In this document: positions 43,848 through 60,991 of the stretch, in pieces
Position numbering within the stretch: the stretch's first letter is position 1
Layout of the letters: the number at the start of each line of letters is the position of its first letter
Origin: Eledone cirrhosa
Lineage: Eukaryota
Assembly: GCA_964016885.1 (NCBI GenBank)
Contig: OZ024742.1
Span: 172,050,001 to 172,114,000 of the forward strand
Direction of reading: 5' to 3'
Length of the DNA: 64,000 nucleotides
Translations under genes and position numbers: made by a program
The notes under the pieces: generated by a model
Databases searched by the model: none
The model's input: the letters and a program-made list of their open reading frames with translations, nothing else
Told to the model about the DNA's origin: nothing

Positions 43848-44425
43848 TCACATACATACAGACAAACATGCATTCATACGTACATGCACACACACACACA
43901 TACATACAGACAAACATGCGTTCATACGTACATGCACACACACACACATACATACAGACAAACATGCGTTCATACGTACATGCACACACACACACATACA
44001 TACAGACAAACATGCATTCATACGTACATGCACACACACACATACATACAGACAAACATGCGTTCATACGTACATGCACACACACACACATACATACAGA
44101 CAAACATGCGTTCATACGTACATGCACACACACACACATACATACAGACAAACATGCATTCATACGTACATGCACACACACACACATACATACAGACAAA
44201 CATGCGTTCATACGTACATGCACACACACACACACATACATACAGACAAACATGCATTCATACGTACACGCACACACACACATACATACACACAAACAAG
44301 CGTTCATACGTACATGCACACACACACACATACACACAGACAAACATGCATTCATACGTACATGCACACACACACACATACACACAGACAAACATGCGTT
44401 CATACGTACATGCACACACACACAT
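43848..44425. repeat. Minisatellite with 46-50-bp unit, about 12 copies
   Basis: (CA)nTACATACAGACAAACATGC(A/G)TTCATACGTACATG repeated. Confidence 0.97.
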
Positions 44426-44507
44426 AGACACTCAGTTGATAAAAGATTATTTCGCCCCGCCGCAATATTGAGAGGATTAGACGTGTGTGAGTGTATATGT
44501 GTGTGTA

Positions 44508-44580
<73 letters not shown>

Positions 44581-44839
44581 CTGTGTGTGTGTGTGCGCGA
44601 TTGGGTGCGTGTGTACATGTGCACAGAGATATCCCTATATCGGAATAAAAATATGAATACAAACATACGAATACAAACAAACATATATAGACGCATCTAT
44701 ATATACATATATATATATATATATACATATCTATATATATATAAAGAAATAAAGAAATATATATATATATATATGAACATGAATATACATATCTATATAT
44801 TCATATATATCTATATCTATACACACACATACACACACA

Positions 44840-44872
<33 letters not shown>

Positions 44873-45097
44873 CAAAGGAAATGTGGTAAGGAACCAGGTG
44901 GACCATAATGCACTAAAGTACTCAATACTTAGGGTAGTAGAGTGGGTAATAGGAATAAGTAAGACCCCGACGGCTGAGCTCAAGTCGTTTCGACGGCTAA
45001 TTCAGTACAGAATTAGCCGTCGACACGGCTTGAGCTCAGCCGTCGGGGTCTTACTTGTTCCTATATATATATATAGGTAGATAGATAGATAGATATA

Positions 45098-45159
<62 letters not shown>

Positions 45160-45225
45160 CATATACATATAGACATATATACATACACACCTATATATAT
45201 ACATATATATATATATACACACATA

Positions 45226-45257
<32 letters not shown>

Positions 45258-45410
45258 TATATATATGTAAATATATATATATATATAGTTATACCGACAT
45301 ACACGTACATATATAAATATAAGCTAATATATTTACACATAGATATACACATATATGTAAATATATATACATACGCACATATATACACAGAAACATATGT
45401 GTGTACACAC

Positions 45411-45631
<221 letters not shown>

Positions 45632-45803
45632 AATGATATGAATCGGTAAAATAACTTCACCTTGTTATTATTATTTTCATTGTTAAAGTACCAGTAATGC
45701 ACTGGTTAATTGCTTGCCTTGTGCCAAAAATAGAAACAATTATTATTTTCATTCTCAAATTAATATCTAATACACACACACACACAAGCATATATATATA
45801 TAC

Positions 45804-45864
<61 letters not shown>

Positions 45865-45903
45865 TATATGTATGCCTGTACACACATATATATATACACA
45901 CAG

Positions 45904-46008
<105 letters not shown>

Positions 46009-46385
46009 CATACATATACATATATATATATACATATATGAAGAAACATTTGTATAGGCATGTACATACAGATTTACATACATGCGTTACATGTCTGCGC
46101 AACACGTGTGTCTGTGTATCTGTGTGTGGTCGTGCACACGTAAGTGTTGCTGGACCGCACATGTGCTACCTACTTCGCTTGTGTAGCATGTGTACTTACC
46201 ATACGCGTGCATACATTGTCATGCATTATCACATACGGGGTCGATAAAATAAAGTACCAGTAATGCACTGGTTGTTTGCTGGCCTTGTGCCAAAAACTAG
46301 AAATAATTATCGTACATATACATACATATAGATATACAGACATGCACACCCACGCAAACACGCATATATGCACGCACGTGTCTAT

Positions 46386-46506
<121 letters not shown>

Positions 46507-46507
46507 C

Positions 46508-46542
<35 letters not shown>

Positions 46543-46571
46543 CATATATATATACATATGTATATATATAT

Positions 46572-46668
<97 letters not shown>

Positions 46669-46750
46669 CAGGTATATGTCTATATATATATATATACTTG
46701 TATCTATATATATATGTATCTATATATATATATATACATATATATACTTG

Positions 46751-46817
<67 letters not shown>

Positions 46818-46844
46818 ATGTATATATATATATATATATATACA

Positions 46845-46913
<69 letters not shown>

Positions 46914-46948
46914 ATGAATATGTATATATATATATTTATATATACATG

Positions 46949-47078
<130 letters not shown>

Positions 47079-47586
47079 TATACATATACATGTATATATA
47101 TATATATATGTATATGTATATGTATATATATATATATGTACATATATATATATATATATATACATGTATATGTGTATATGGATACATTAAATATACGTTT
47201 TATTTCAATGTACAACCATATAGGTCCAATCAAATAGTTGTGTATATATGTACACACTCAGACGCATGTCTATATACGTGTGTACACACCATGCCAATCT
47301 GTGTATGAATGTGTATGTACCGACACGTATGTATATGTTTGCACCCTCAATAACCGTATATATATGCGTATTCATGTGTATACATAAGACACAGCTGTAT
47401 AAGTATGTATACACAAAGATAGAACTATATATATATATATATATATATATGTATACACAGATACATCTGTATGTACACACGCAGAGATCTCTGTGTATGT
47501 ATATACAGACATGTGTATAAACATTTATATACACACGCATTTACATCTAGATGTATCTATACGCACACATTTATATATGTATGAAT

Positions 47587-47637
<51 letters not shown>

Positions 47638-47998
47638 CACACACACACAGATTTATATACATACGTTTAAGCATACACAATTGTATATGTACGTGTACAC
47701 ACAAGCATATATGTATATATAAACGTGTGTATACATACACAAACATACATATATACTCGATATCTGTATATGTACATACATATATCTGACGTACATACAT
47801 ATATCTGACGTATCCACAGTTCACATGGATGTGTTGTAAAATGTGTGGTTTACGTGCCGAAATTTGGTAAGAATGAAACGTGTTTCGTTTCCATCATCAT
47901 CCAACGATACTTAACGTTTTACATTGTTTTAAATACATTGTGAAATACTTCTTCACTTTCCCTTAAATAGAAATTGCACGTGTATATGTACGTACGCA

Positions 47999-48086
<88 letters not shown>

Positions 48087-48237
48087 ATATATATATATAT
48101 ATGTGTGTATATATATATATGTATATATATATATATGTTTATATGTATATATATATGTATATATGTATATATATATATATGTATATATGTATATATATAT
48201 ATATATGTACATATATATATATGTATATATATATATG

Positions 48238-48269
<32 letters not shown>

Positions 48270-48316
48270 TGTAGGTATATATATGTATATATATATGTAT
48301 ATATGTATATATATAT

Positions 48317-48349
<33 letters not shown>

Positions 48350-48507
48350 TATATGTATATGTATATGTCTATATATGTATATATATATATGTATATATGT
48401 ATATATATATATGTATATATGTATTTATTTGTATATATGTATATATATGTATATATGTATATATGTATATGTATATATATATATGTATATATGTAAATGT
48501 TTATATG

Positions 48508-48558
<51 letters not shown>

Positions 48559-48559
48559 G

Positions 48560-48712
<153 letters not shown>

Positions 48713-48938
48713 GTATATATATATGTATATATATATATATGTATATATATGTATATATATATATATGTATATATATGTATATATATATATATATGTATAT
48801 ATATGTATACATATATATATATGTATATATATGTATATATATATATATGTATATATATGTATATATATATATATATATATATGTATACATATGTACATGT
48901 AATTTATATATACCTGAATATGTATATATATATATACT

Positions 48939-49049
<111 letters not shown>

Positions 49050-49050
49050 G

Positions 49051-49123
<73 letters not shown>

Positions 49124-49206
49124 ATATATATATATATGTACGTATATATATGTATATATATGTATATATGTATGTATATATATGTATATATATATATATA
49201 TACATG

Positions 49207-49243
<37 letters not shown>

Positions 49244-49404
49244 GTATGTATATATATGTATACATATATATATGTATGTATATATATATATACCTGTATA
49301 TATATATATATGTATATATATATATGTATATATGTATGTATATATGTATATATATATAAACCTGTATATATATATATATATGTAATTATATATATGTATA
49401 TATG

Positions 49405-49439
<35 letters not shown>

Positions 49440-49440
49440 G

Positions 49441-49475
<35 letters not shown>

Positions 49476-49667
49476 GTATATATGTATGTATATATATATA
49501 TATACCTGTATATATATATATATGTATATATATATATGTATATATGTATGTATATATATGTATACATATATATATATATGTATATATATGTATGTATATA
49601 TATATATATATATACCTGTATATATATATGTATATATATATATGTATATATGTATGTATATATATGT

Positions 49668-49709
<42 letters not shown>

Positions 49710-50540
49710 ATATATGTATATATATATACATATATATACCTATATATTTATATATACAGTATATATAATTCGTTTGATAGATCTGTATTATACGTACATG
49801 AGTAGATACACAAATATGTGAAGCTATATATTAATACTGCATATAAATATACAAGTGCGTGTATGTGTATATAAATACATACACACATAAACACACACAC
49901 GCACACATAACTACACCTACATACATAGTGGCACGTTACAATATTTGTAAATATTCTAAATAATGTGTACTGTATGCACACACACACACACACGACACAA
50001 TATATATATGTATAAATACACACACACAGACACAATATATATATGTATCAATATATATACACACACACACAACACACAGTATTTGTATAAATATAAAAAC
50101 AAACACACACACACAAATATATATACATATATATATACATATATACACATACATATATATATATATATACATATATACACATACATATATATGCATGTAT
50201 ATACATACTCATACATGTATATATATATATATATATATGTATTTTTTCATCATTTTACGTCCGCTTTTCCCTGCTTGCAAGGGTGGGACGGGAACTGATT
50301 CTGGCTTGATTTCTACAGCTGGATGCCCTTCCTAACACCAACCTCATTTTACAGTGAGTACTGGGTGCTTTTTTGCCGTGGCACCTCCACGACCACTTTG
50401 CAGTGGAAGCTGATTAAACTGGAGCAATGTGAAATAAAGCGTATTGCTCAAAAGGAAACAACACACCACCCGGTCTGAGAATTGAACTCACAACTTTCAA
50501 TTGCAAGACCAATGGTCTAACCACTAAGCCATGTGCCTTC

Positions 50541-50627
<87 letters not shown>

Positions 50628-50630
50628 ATG

Positions 50631-50661
<31 letters not shown>

Positions 50662-50694
50662 CTGTGTGTGTGTGTATATATATGTGTATATATT

Positions 50695-50725
<31 letters not shown>

Positions 50726-50777
50726 GTGTGTATGTATGTATGCATGTATATATATACATATATATATATATACATAG

Positions 50778-50853
<76 letters not shown>

Positions 50854-50912
50854 ATGTATGTATATATATATATATATATTTATTTCATCTGGGATAAACA
50901 GTGAGTCTTATT

Positions 50913-50990
50913 ACACTGGATTTCGCCTGTTTATCAAAGGGTCATCAGTTGCCTGATGACCCTGTGATATGCAGACGACCCTCCAAAGTG
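50913..50990. ncRNA. Degenerate back-to-back hammerhead pair
   Basis: GGGTCATCAG-ttgc-CTGATGACCC at the centre of an imperfect palindrome; minus arm has CTGATGA-cCCT..AGGc-GAAA. Confidence 0.55.
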
Positions 50991-51286
50991 ACAAGATTCA
51001 CTATTTAGACATAATCAAATGAATATTAAAATCCTACATCGGTATTGAGTACTCGTTTCTCTCAGTCTTCAACCATATACGGTTATATATATACAGGAGT
51101 TCAAACATTCAGCAAGAATATGTGCACACGTGTGTGAATGTGTGTATTTGTATACATGTCTATGTGCGTGTATGTGTTGCGTTCGTATTTACGTATGCGT
51201 TTCCGACTTTTACTGTGTATGCGTGTGTTATACGCGCCCCAGTATGTCTATTAGTATATACTCTTCATCATTCCACCTGTCTGCTA

Positions 51287-51373
<87 letters not shown>

Positions 51374-51786
51374 CATGTGTGTCTTTATATATGTGTATAT
51401 ATCTATATGTGTATATATCTATATGTGTTTATATATATATTATACAAATCTTCACCCATGCCTGTATGTATGTGTGACACTTTTTATGTGTGCCTGTATG
51501 TGTAAATGTGTGTCCGCATGTGTACATGTGTGTATGTGTACATCTGTGTGTATGTGTACATGTGTGTATATGTGTGTGTGTGTACATGTATGTATGCGTA
51601 CATGTGCTTGTATGTGTAAACGTGTCTGTATGTGTAAATGTGTCTGTATGTGTACATGTGTTTGCATGTGTACATGTGTGTATGTATACATGTGTGTGTA
51701 TGTGTACATGTGTGTGTCTGTGTGTATAAGTATATGTGTGTCTGTGTGTGTGTGTGTTCATGTGTGTATGTTTGCGTAAATGTGTG

Positions 51787-51854
<68 letters not shown>

Positions 51855-51862
51855 TGTGTGTC

Positions 51863-51931
<69 letters not shown>

Positions 51932-51939
51932 TGTGTGTC

Positions 51940-51994
<55 letters not shown>

Positions 51995-52140
51995 TGTGTG
52001 TCTGATGTATATATGCATGTTTACACATATGTGTGCTACAATGTATGTATAAAGGTTGAACAGTGAGGGTATATGTTGTCAACAAGGTGTATATATGGTC
52101 ATTGTGAAGTTGGGGTGGTCGGAGATTGGGGTAGACTTAC

Positions 52141-52228
52141 CTGGTAATGTGTGCAAAGTAATCAATTGTATCAAAGGTGTTAAAATCCAAACCGCTATTT
52201 CTTTCATAATCCACAGAAAACGAGCCAT
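52141..52228 (-). CDS. Candidate first coding exon of a host gene (signal-peptide-like, phase-1 intron)
   Basis: ATG at 52228 gives MARFLWIMKEIAVWILTPLIQLITLHTLP plus 1 nt, ending at a consensus donor CAG|GTAAGT. Confidence 0.5.
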
Positions 52229-52644
52229 CGGTTATGAAGTGAATCCGTATAGGCGGGTATATACATATATATATCTGGGTGGCAAAGGCTATATCTCAGT
52301 GTGTAATCTATATATCTATCTATATATGTATATATAGAGAGATGTAGACATATATTTTATATTATATAAATATGTATTTGCGTAGATGTTCCTTCCTTCG
52401 TGTACTCCTCATTGACAGGTGGGCCAGATACGTTATGCGCGAATGCTTGTGTGATTATATGGTTTTATGTTTGTGTGTGCGTGTGTGTGGGTGTGTTTGT
52501 ATAATTGTGTGTGTGTGCGCGTATATGTAGTTATATATACATATAGTAATATATATGTATCTATGATTGTGTGAACTATTAGAAGTGTGTCTATATGTAT
52601 GAATGTATTTGTATACAAGTGTGTGTGTGTGTGTGAGTGAGTGA

Positions 52645-52701
<57 letters not shown>

Positions 52702-54229
52702 CAAGGGTTAGATTTTATAACAAATGTTATCTTGTATATATTTCGAAATCCAACTTCTAGAAGATGTGTTTACACGACATATGAATGTGCGTAAACAAAA
52801 CAATATGTGTATGTGTGTGTTGGTATATTAATGTTATGTGAGATATGTATTTATATATGTGTCTGTGGATGTATATAGATGTGTGTGTGTGTGTCTAAGT
52901 GAGTGGAGGTACACGTGTACTGCTGTTAAGTAATATACAGGTGTTTTAAGTAGTAGTAACTCTTATATTCGCTCCAATGAAGTTGACGGGAAAATAGTAT
53001 ATATTTATATCGATATAGATATATACTCAAACACTGACTCATGTATATATGTATACACACACACACAAACATATATGTATATGTGTGTGTGTGCGTGCGT
53101 GTGTATTTATATATACGCAATTATTCACCGCTTTTTTTAAAACTATATATCTGTTTGTATATCTATAGACGTATATACACTCATATATATATAAACGTTT
53201 GTGTGTGCGTGCGAGTGTATATATCGCTGCTTTAAAAAAATATATGCATGTGTCTATATGTCTATACATGTATACAGACACGTGTGTGTGTGTGTATGTG
53301 TGTGTGTGTGCATGTATATATATATATATACACAATTATGTATCGCTGTTTTTAAAACTATGAGTGTATATATATATGTACATATATACACACACACACA
53401 AACATATATGTATATGTGTGCGTGTGTATATATACAGAATTATATATTACTATGTGTTTTGTTGAAACTATGTATGCGTTTGTCTCTATACCTCTCTATC
53501 TCTCATCGAACTGAAGTATTTAAGGTGTACGTGTTTACCAACACCGACATTCTGCCAGCGTAGATCCACCACCAACTGTAGAATGGTGAAGCGAATATAG
53601 AAGTAGAAGAAGAAGCATGTGAGATATTTAGTGGAGTTTAAAGCGGTATCTATACCGCCGGTCATACATATATACACCAGTGCTTCGCTTGCTTTTCAGA
53701 CACATACAGCGATTTATAAACATTACATACATACATGTATGTATGCATTAGTATTGAGGAGATATTTTACATATGAAATAATAAGAATGATTTCTGATTT
53801 AGGCACAATGATTTCACTAATAACAATAACTATATATTGGTTTAAATATAATTTACATATATATATATATAGTACACATCTATTACTTGCGATTTCTAGA
53901 CGTTTGTGTGTGTGTGTATATGTGTATATATACGCTATTTGAATATATTTTGTATATATTTAATTTTTGGTGAAATCTATAGACATGTGTATATTCATAT
54001 ATGTTTATGTATATATGTACATGTATATATAATTATAAATGTATTGCTTTGCTTTAAAATGCAACGAAAATAATCTTTTTCTATCTTTCTGTGTGTATCC
54101 TTTCCACGGTTGAGCTTACTGTGTTTTAAAATTGATAATATAGTTGTCGTCGCCGTTGTTGTTATTGTTAATGTAATCGTTATTAAGAAATTAATTTTAT
54201 ATTAGTAATAATAGTAATAATAATAACAA

Positions 54230-54299
<70 letters not shown>

Positions 54300-54526
54300 G
54301 CGTATACTTCATTGTTGTTATTGTTTTTCTTAATTTTTTTTTTTTTTGAATAATAAAGAAAACTGTTGATGTTGATATGTATGTTGTTGTTGTTGTTGTT
54401 GTTAGTACTGCTGCTGCTGCTTATTGTGTTGCTGCCGTTGCTGCAGCTGTGTCGTTTGTTGTTGTTTTTACTTCTGCTCTCACTGCAACTCTTTCTACCT
54501 CCCTCTTTCCTTCTCAATCACACTCG

Positions 54527-54572
<46 letters not shown>

Positions 54573-55104
54573 CTCTCTATTTCAATCTCATTCGGACTTT
54601 TTTCCCTTCTCTTTTCCTTTCCCACTCTTTCTATCTCTCTCGCTCAAGCACATACACTCTCTCTCTCTCTCTCTCTCTCAACGCTTACAGTGTGACCAGC
54701 ACCGCTGGCATAACCACAACCAGTACATCTATACCACTATCGCCATCACCAGTGCATTTACCAGTGCCGTTATAGTAATAGTAGCAGCAACAGTAACAGT
54801 GGTAATAGTAGTTAAAGTAATATTAATAACAGTAGCTATAATAATAGGAATACCATCAGCATTAGCTGTAGTAGTAGTAGTAGTACCTATATAGTATTAG
54901 CTACAGTAGTAGAAGCTATATAGTGTTCGTCGTAGTGGTAACTGTAGTAGCAGCGGTAATAGTAATACCATTAGCAGTTGTTGTACAAGTAGTAGTGGTA
55001 ACAGTCTATATCGTAGCCGACGCTTCTTTCAACGTTATAATCATCATCATTGTCGTCATCGGCATAAACATCATAAGTAACAAGACTACAAGAAAGGAGG
55101 TCCT

Positions 55105-55184
<80 letters not shown>

Positions 55185-55188
55185 TATA

Positions 55189-55233
<45 letters not shown>

Positions 55234-55289
55234 ATATATATATATTTATATTTATTATATATATTTATATATATATATATTTATATATT

Positions 55290-55328
<39 letters not shown>

Positions 55329-55655
55329 ATATATATATATTTATATTTATTATATATATTTATATATATATATTTTATATATATATATTTATATATATAT
55401 ATATTTATATATATATATTTATATATATATATATTTATATATATATATTTATATATATATATATAAATATATATATATTTATATATATATTTATATATAT
55501 ATATTTATATATATATTTATATATATATATACATATATATATATTTATATATATATATTTATATATATATTTATATATATATACACATATATATATATAT
55601 ATATAGATATATATATACATTTATATACATATATATATAGATATATATATACATT

Positions 55656-55688
<33 letters not shown>

Positions 55689-56038
55689 ATATTTATATAT
55701 AATATATAAGAACAAACTGTAGAGTGCTTCTTATCCGATATCTGCATTGCTTTATTGTACTACAATAAAACTCACCTCCTACATTATATTTATATATATT
55801 TATATATATATACAAATATATATATATTTATATATACATATATATATTAGGAAGTGAGGTTTTTTTTACAAAATGAAAAATAACCGAGGTGTCATCTGTG
55901 AGAAAAACCACAGACCCTCCATCTCAACTCACCTTTTGAAAAGCAGAAGAACTGCAAAACCGGAAAAGGAACCAAATGAATATATATATTTAAAAAAAAA
56001 ATAAGACTCAAGTTGCATTTTCGATTTCATCTCTTTTT

Positions 56039-56107
<69 letters not shown>

Positions 56108-56130
56108 TATATATAAATATATATTTATTG

Positions 56131-56278
<148 letters not shown>

Positions 56279-56410
56279 TTTCTTTTTATATATAAATATA
56301 TATTTATTGATATATATATATATATATTTATATATATTTTTATATATAAATATATTTTTATTTATATATATATATATATTTATATATATTTTTATATATA
56401 AATATATATT

Positions 56411-56447
<37 letters not shown>

Positions 56448-56462
56448 TTATATATAAATATA

Positions 56463-56498
<36 letters not shown>

Positions 56499-56748
56499 TA
56501 TGTATGTTTATATATAAATATATTTATATATTTATATATATATATATATATATATTTATATGTATTTTTATATATATATGTTTATATATATATTTATATG
56601 TAATATTATTTATATATGTTTATATATATATATATATATATTTATATTTATTTTTAAATATAAATATATATATTTATTTATATATATTTTTATATATAAA
56701 TATATATATATATATATTTATATTTATATGTATTTTTATATATAAATA

Positions 56749-56809
<61 letters not shown>

Positions 56810-56872
56810 TTATATGTACATTTAAATATAAATATTTATATTTATTTATATATATTTTTATATATGAATATA

Positions 56873-56924
<52 letters not shown>

Positions 56925-56934
56925 TATGTATTTT

Positions 56935-56966
<32 letters not shown>

Positions 56967-57307
56967 AATATATATATTGAATTAAGATATGTCATTCTAA
57001 CTATTTATTAGTCAATTGCAACTAAAACATGTAAATGTTTATCATATATTAATTTATACTGCTCAGAAGCGATTCTTAGAGCTGAAATAATTGTAAATGA
57101 CCCCATTGAGTGTAAACTCTAAGTTATATTATATAATATATATATATTTATATGTATTTTTAAATATAAATATATATATTTATTTATATATATTTATATA
57201 TATGAATATATATTTATATATATATATATATATATTTATATATAAATATATATATATATATATTTATATATATTTTTATATATAAATATATATTTATATA
57301 TTATATT

Positions 57308-57338
<31 letters not shown>

Positions 57339-57395
57339 ACATATACTTATATATATATATTTTTATATATATATATATATATACACATATATATA

Positions 57396-57442
<47 letters not shown>

Positions 57443-57466
57443 ATACTTATATATATATATATATAT

Positions 57467-57536
<70 letters not shown>

Positions 57537-57540
57537 CATA

Positions 57541-57652
<112 letters not shown>

Positions 57653-57665
57653 TTATATATATTTT

Positions 57666-57698
<33 letters not shown>

Positions 57699-57899
57699 TA
57701 TACAATATTAAATAAATGGAAAACTATATTTATAAAACCATATCTATTTCATTATATATATTTGGGGGATATCATATTAACAATATGCTATGCCTTCATC
57801 AGACAAAATACAATATAAACAGTTTTATAGATAAATATATTCGACATACCGTAATAAACATCAACTTCATTTGAAGAGGTTTACGCTATATATTATATA

Positions 57900-58091
<192 letters not shown>

Positions 58092-58179
58092 AAAATATAT
58101 ATAAATGTATATATATATATATATATTTATATATAAAAATATATATAAATGTACATATATATATATATATAAAATATAT

Positions 58180-58830
58180 TGTTATACTTTGGGAGGGTCA
58201 TGTTGCCAATTAGAAACACAAGCACCAGGCGATTTCACTTCAATCTAATATAATACATTTATAAATTTAGGAAGTTATAAATTTCTGGTTTGTTGGTCGG
58301 TTCCACAGCCAGATGGTTGTTTATATATTGCAAAGTTCTCTCGTCACACATTCTGTGCCCTCTTCAGTGACTCGGGATTCTTTTCCATGTTTTTGTGCCT
58401 CTCCTAAGTTCTGTCCTACGCCGTCTCGTTTCTGTCTGTGTGTTGTGTGCTCAGTCTACGCATGCGCCACATCCGGGTGTCTGTGTGTGTTTATATTCGT
58501 TTATTTATTTGTTTATTTATATGTTAATGGTTGGTTGTTTGTTCGATGTGCGTGTGTGTTTTCATTTTGTCCTTAATTGTAAATTGTGATGTTGCTGTTC
58601 CATTCATGTTTTCTATTTAATTTTGGTTGTAATTCTTTTATGTTTATTGCCTCTGTGATTTGTCTAATCATTGCATCTTATACAAATCACAGAGGCAATA
58701 AACATAAAAGTATTACAACCAAAATTAAATAGAAAACATCAGTCGAACAGCAACATCACAACTTACAATTAAGGACAAAATGAAAACACACACGCACATG
58801 GAACAAACAAACATCCAGTAACATGTAAAT
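58180..58830 (-). mobile_element. PLE 3' fragment (same family as 62818-63655) with inverted partial duplication
   Basis: 58180-58678 is the reverse complement of ~63150-63655; 58682-58830 repeats 63165-63312 in forward orientation. Confidence 0.9.
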
Positions 58831-58856
58831 ATAAATATATATATATATATATAAAT

Positions 58857-58942
<86 letters not shown>

Positions 58943-58958
58943 TGTATATAAATATATT

Positions 58959-59001
<43 letters not shown>

Positions 59002-59027
59002 TATATATAAATATATTTATATATAAG

Positions 59028-59105
<78 letters not shown>

Positions 59106-59120
59106 AGTATATATATATAT

Positions 59121-59843
59121 AAAATGCTTTTAATTAAGCATAAAGTGTATTGCAAAATACATTATATATACATCCATATATATATTGTTATTTCTGAGCT
59201 CCAATTCTAATTTTTAATTTCTGCCTGACCAACATTCGCTTTGTATAATCAGCTCCTGATTATTTACTAGAATTCTATAGGGAATATAACATCAGTAATC
59301 ACAGTACACAGGAGGGGTAGTTAGCCTTGACAAGCTTCAACAAAACGAAACAAAACCTTGTCGGCTTATCTCCCCTGTTTGCTGAGATTAAAGTAAGTGA
59401 ATTTGTCACTACTCTAAAACAATAGCATACGGTCTTCAAAATTCTTTTAATTAAGCATAAAGTGTATTGCAATATACATTATATATACATCCATATATAT
59501 ATTGCTATTTCAGAGCTCCAATTCTAATTTTTAATTTCTGCCTGACCAACAATCGCTCTGTATAATCAGCTCCTGATTATTTACTAGAATTCTATAAGAA
59601 TATAACATCAGTAATCTCAGTAGACAGGAGCGGTAGTTAGCCTTGATAAGCTTCAACAAAAGCGAAACAAGGCCTTGTCAGCTTATCTCCCCTGTTTGCT
59701 GAGATTAAAGTAAGTGAACTTGTCACTACTCTAAAACAAAAGCATACGGTCTTCAAAATGCTTTTAATTAAGCATAAAGTGTATTGCAAAATACATTATA
59801 TATACATCCATATATATATTGCTATTTCAGAGCTCCAATTCTG
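59121..59843 (+). mobile_element. Tandem 317-bp repeat (2.3 units), one hammerhead per unit; retrozyme-like
   Basis: Units start at 59121, 59438 and 59755; HHRs at 59323-59366 and 59639-59683. Confidence 0.85.
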
Positions 59844-59900
59844 ATATATATAAATATATTTATATATGAGTATATATATATATATAAATAAATTTATATA

Positions 59901-59940
<40 letters not shown>

Positions 59941-59965
59941 TATATATAAATATATATATATATAA

Positions 59966-60008
<43 letters not shown>

Positions 60009-60527
60009 TATTTATACATAAATATATTTATATATAAGTATATATATATATAAATATATATATAAATATATTTATATGTAAGTATATATATATATATATA
60101 AATATATATATAAATATATTTATATATAAGTATAAATATATATATATATAAATAAATTCATATATAACTATATATATATATATATATATAAATATATATA
60201 TAAATATATTTGTATATATTTATATATATATAAATATATATATGAATATATTTCTATATAAGTATATATATATATACATATATATATAAATATATTTATA
60301 TATAAGTATATATATATATCAATATTTATATATATAAATATATTTATATATAAGTATGTATATATATAAATATATATATAAATATATTTATATATAAGTA
60401 TATATATATATAAATCTAAATATATATAAATATATTTATATATAAGTATATATAAATATATATATAAATATATTTATATATAAGTATATATATAAATATA
60501 TATATAAATATATTTATATATAAGTAT

Positions 60528-60558
<31 letters not shown>

Positions 60559-60758
60559 AATATATATATAAATATATTTATATATAAGTATATATATATG
60601 TAAAAATATATATATATATATATAAATATAGATATAAATATATCTATATATAAGTCTATATATATATATATAAATATATAAATAAATATATATATAAATA
60701 TATTTATAAATATGTATATATATATATAAATATATATATAAATATATTTATAAATAAG

Positions 60759-60802
<44 letters not shown>

Positions 60803-60872
60803 TATATAAATATATTTATATATAAGTATATATATATATATAAATATATAAATAAATATATTTATAAATACG

Positions 60873-60903
<31 letters not shown>

Positions 60904-60991
60904 GAATATATATATAAATATATTTATATATAAGTATATATATATATATATATATAAATATATATTTAAATATATTTATACATAAGTATAT

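Noticed and set aside
43848-44425. CRISPR-like regular repeats
   Set aside because: No unique spacers and no cas genes; this is a eukaryotic minisatellite
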